A stretch of 6,304 bases of DNA, from positions 1 through 6,304 of IMG/VR virus record IMGVR_UViG_3300045988_007514; one strand, written 5' to 3'. Below, piece by piece: positions 4,305 through 6,304 of this stretch (the stretch's first letter is position 1; each line of letters begins with the position of its first letter). Below the pieces are notes generated by a model, which ran no database searches, was not told where the DNA came from, and saw only the letters and a list, made by a program, of their open reading frames with translations. This DNA is from a virus. Made by a program: the position numbers and the translations under genes.

Positions 4305-5941
4305 TAAATCAAGAAGTCATAGATAAGTATCTTCTTTCTGAGTGTCTTCATCCTGTCAAGGTGTTTAATAAGTATACGAATGATGTTATATATGCTCCTT
4401 GTGGACATTGTTATTCTTGTCTTAAAAATAGGTCGAATCGTGATACCGCATTAGCTATGAATATTGCTTCAAATTTCAAATATTGTTATTTTGTTTGGCT
4501 TTCTTATGAGGACCAATATCTTCCTTATATAGAACTTAAAGCTATTGACCCTTTGGATGATACCCGCTTTAATTACCTTTTTTCATCTATCAATAGAAGT
4601 CTGCGTATTCCTGTTCCTAATGGTAAAGATAGGATTATAGAAGACTCTCCGTTTGAGTTTACTCATTCTATGACTTCTTCTGAATATCAAGATATTATTG
4701 TTAAGAGTCACGGTCGGTATGACTTTCTTCGTAAATGTGTTGTATATCCACGTTTTGAAGATTGTGATAATCGTATCCCTTATTGTAATACTTCTGATTG
4801 TCAGAAGTTTTTGAAGCGTTTAAGATTTCATTCAAAAGATAAATATAATGAAGAAATACGTTTTTACGGTGTATCAGAATATGGTCCTCGGACATATCGT
4901 CCGCATTGGCATTTGTTATTATTCTTTAACTCGGACGAACTCGCCTCGTCTATACAGCAACTTGTATCTGAGAGTTGGTCCTACGGTCGTACAACTTGTG
5001 AATTATCGAGAGGAGGCTCTGCTTCCTACGTTGCGTCGTATGTTAATAGTAATGTATGCTTACCTTCACTATACCTCCAGCATAAAGAGATTAGGGCGCG
5101 TTCCCTCCACTCTAAAGGATATGGAAACAATCATGTCTTTCCCACTCAAGCCTCGATACGCGATCTTGACACTATGTCCTCTATCCTCCTTAATGGAGAG
5201 AGCATCTCTGTTAATGGTAAAGCTAAGCAGATCTACCCTTCACGGACGTATAAACATACCGTATTCCCGAGATTCTCGAATCTTGTTTGCAAGTCTCCAC
5301 ATAGCAGTGCTTACTTATTTTCAGCAGCGTTTTTTGCACCCGAGAGGCTCATTCGTTTCGGATATTTGGACATAACTTATGATAAGTCTGTTTCTCCTGT
5401 ATCTGAACTCGCTCATGCGTATACTGATTTTTTCTTAGACCGTGAAGATAAAGGATTTGTTCATTCTGACGATGAACTTATAGTTGCTACTGTCCGTCTT
5501 GATGCTCCTAATCGTAAGTATTGGCATTGTCTTACTTATGACCAAATTTATAGTAAGTTTTACAGGCTCTTCAATATGGTTATTCGTTCTGCTAGGTTTT
5601 GGAATCTGTTTGGATATGTAGATGTTTATCGTCGAGGTTCTATTTATGACCTTATGGAAGCGTCTGATAATTATTGGAATGAATTTGCTAGGCGTCAGCT
5701 TCATGATTATTATGAATTTCTTGAAAATTGTAGTGATGAACAACGTTCCTTTTTATTTTCTCGGTCTGTTTATAATGAAGTAAAGAATTCTACTGAAGAT
5801 TCTAAAAAGGCATATTCTTATGATTATGAACTGAGTGACAAATTCCTTAAAGAGTTAACCGCTAACAATCGGAAGGCGTGTGTGGATAAGGTTAAACATA
5901 AGGAATTTAATGATCTCAGTGGTTTATTGTTAAATATTTAA
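4301..5941 (+). CDS. VP4: Replication initiation protein VP4 (phiX174 gpA-like HUH rolling-circle endonuclease), 546 aa.
   Basis: An N-terminal 'CLHP...APCGHCYSCLKNR' Cys motif is present. Motif I resembles 'YFVWLSYED'. The HUH motif 'RPHWHLLLF' has its H-W-H codons at 4904-4912. The two-tyrosine catalytic motif 'SYVASYVNS' (Tyr codons at 5027-5029 and 5039-5041) closely resembles phiX174 gpA 'YVAKYVNK'. Confidence 0.93.
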   Translation: MINQEVIDKYLLSECLHPVKVFNKYTNDVIYAPCGHCYSCLKNRSNRDTALAMNIASNFKYCYFVWLSYEDQYLPYIELKAIDPLDDTRFNYLFSSINRSLRIPVPNGKDRIIEDSPFEFTHSMTSSEYQDIIVKSHGRYDFLRKCVVYPRFEDCDNRIPYCNTSDCQKFLKRLRFHSKDKYNEEIRFYGVSEYGPRTYRPHWHLLLFFNSDELASSIQQLVSESWSYGRTTCELSRGGSASYVASYVNSNVCLPSLYLQHKEIRARSLHSKGYGNNHVFPTQASIRDLDTMSSILLNGESISVNGKAKQIYPSRTYKHTVFPRFSNLVCKSPHSSAYLFSAAFFAPERLIRFGYLDITYDKSVSPVSELAHAYTDFFLDREDKGFVHSDDELIVATVRLDAPNRKYWHCLTYDQIYSKFYRLFNMVIRSARFWNLFGYVDVYRRGSIYDLMEASDNYWNEFARRQLHDYYEFLENCSDEQRSFLFSRSVYNEVKNSTEDSKKAYSYDYELSDKFLKELTANNRKACVDKVKHKEFNDLSGLLLNI

Positions 5942-5952
5942 TTTTTTTTATT

Positions 5953-6304
5953 ATGGCTCATTTTACTGGTCTTAAAGAGTTGCAGAATCGGCCTCACAAA
6001 TCAGGTCATGATATCTCTGCCAAGAACTGTTTTACAGCTAAGGTTGGAGAGTTGCTTCCTGTGTGGACTGATTTTGCAATTCCTAATTCTACTTACAGGT
6101 TTAATCTTGAGTATTTTACTCGTACTCGTCCTGTACAAACTTCTGCGTATACTCGTATTCGTGAGTATTTTGATTTTTTTGCGGTTCCTTGTGACCTTAT
6201 TTGGAAATCATTTGATTCTGCTGTTATTCAAATGGGAGAAAAAGCTCCTATTCAGTCTAAAGACCTTCTTACTAATCTTACAGTTAAAGGAGATTTACCT
6301 TATT
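5953..6304 (+). CDS. VP1: Major capsid protein VP1, N-terminal portion. The ORF runs off the window end and continues at position 1 or 2 on the circular genome.
   Basis: The ATG lies at 5953, 11 nt after the rep stop. My translation is MAHFTGLKELQNRPHKSGHDISAKNCFTAKVGELLPVWTDFAIPNSTYRFNLEYFTRTRPVQTSAYTRIREYFDFFAVPCDLIWKSFDSAVIQMGEKAP... There is no stop before the window end. The 'G-L-P...TRT-P...AYTRIREY-D-F-VP' pattern is the conserved microvirus MCP N-terminus. Confidence 0.92.
   Translation, partial: MAHFTGLKELQNRPHKSGHDISAKNCFTAKVGELLPVWTDFAIPNSTYRFNLEYFTRTRPVQTSAYTRIREYFDFFAVPCDLIWKSFDSAVIQMGEKAPIQSKDLLTNLTVKGDLPY
6228..6304. repeat. Terminal redundancy, copy 2 (identical to 1..77).
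   Basis: The 77-nt match to the window start is exact. Confidence 0.95.

Overview
The window is one complete, circularly permuted genome of a Microviridae ssDNA phage. Nt 1-77 are repeated exactly at 6228-6304, so the unit length is 6,227 nt and the linear ends are an assembly overlap. All credible genes lie on the + strand, which is visibly T-rich, with T dominating third codon positions. In circular order the genome carries: the major capsid protein VP1 (5953..6227 joined to 1..1645, 639 aa, split by the linearisation point); a 171-aa Cys-rich/acidic ORF that may be a VP3-like scaffold (1653..2168); the VP2 DNA-pilot/minor capsid protein (2171..3280); a roughly 400-nt non-coding region (3281..3679); three small ORFs of unknown function, two of them joined by ATGA overlaps (3680..4304); and a long two-tyrosine HUH replication initiator VP4 (4301..5941). 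The gene content, the long Rep and MCP, and the absence of Shine-Dalgarno sequences suggest a Bacteroidota-associated, Alpavirinae-like microvirus; this is inference only. Four things deserve a second look. (1) The first part of the intergenic region (about 3281-3460) is a GC-rich cluster of hairpins, with two short GNRA-capped hairpins further downstream at 3494-3530, one of them the d(GCGAAAGC) mini-hairpin. (2) That region contains an octamer identical to the phiX174 origin nick-site core. (3) A roughly 480-nt island inside rep loses the genome-wide T3 codon bias exactly where a 187-codon +1 frame stays open. (4) A 65-aa membrane/lipoprotein-like ORF is a candidate for the unidentified lysis function. 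No CRISPR array, tRNA, rRNA, transposase or integrase was seen.
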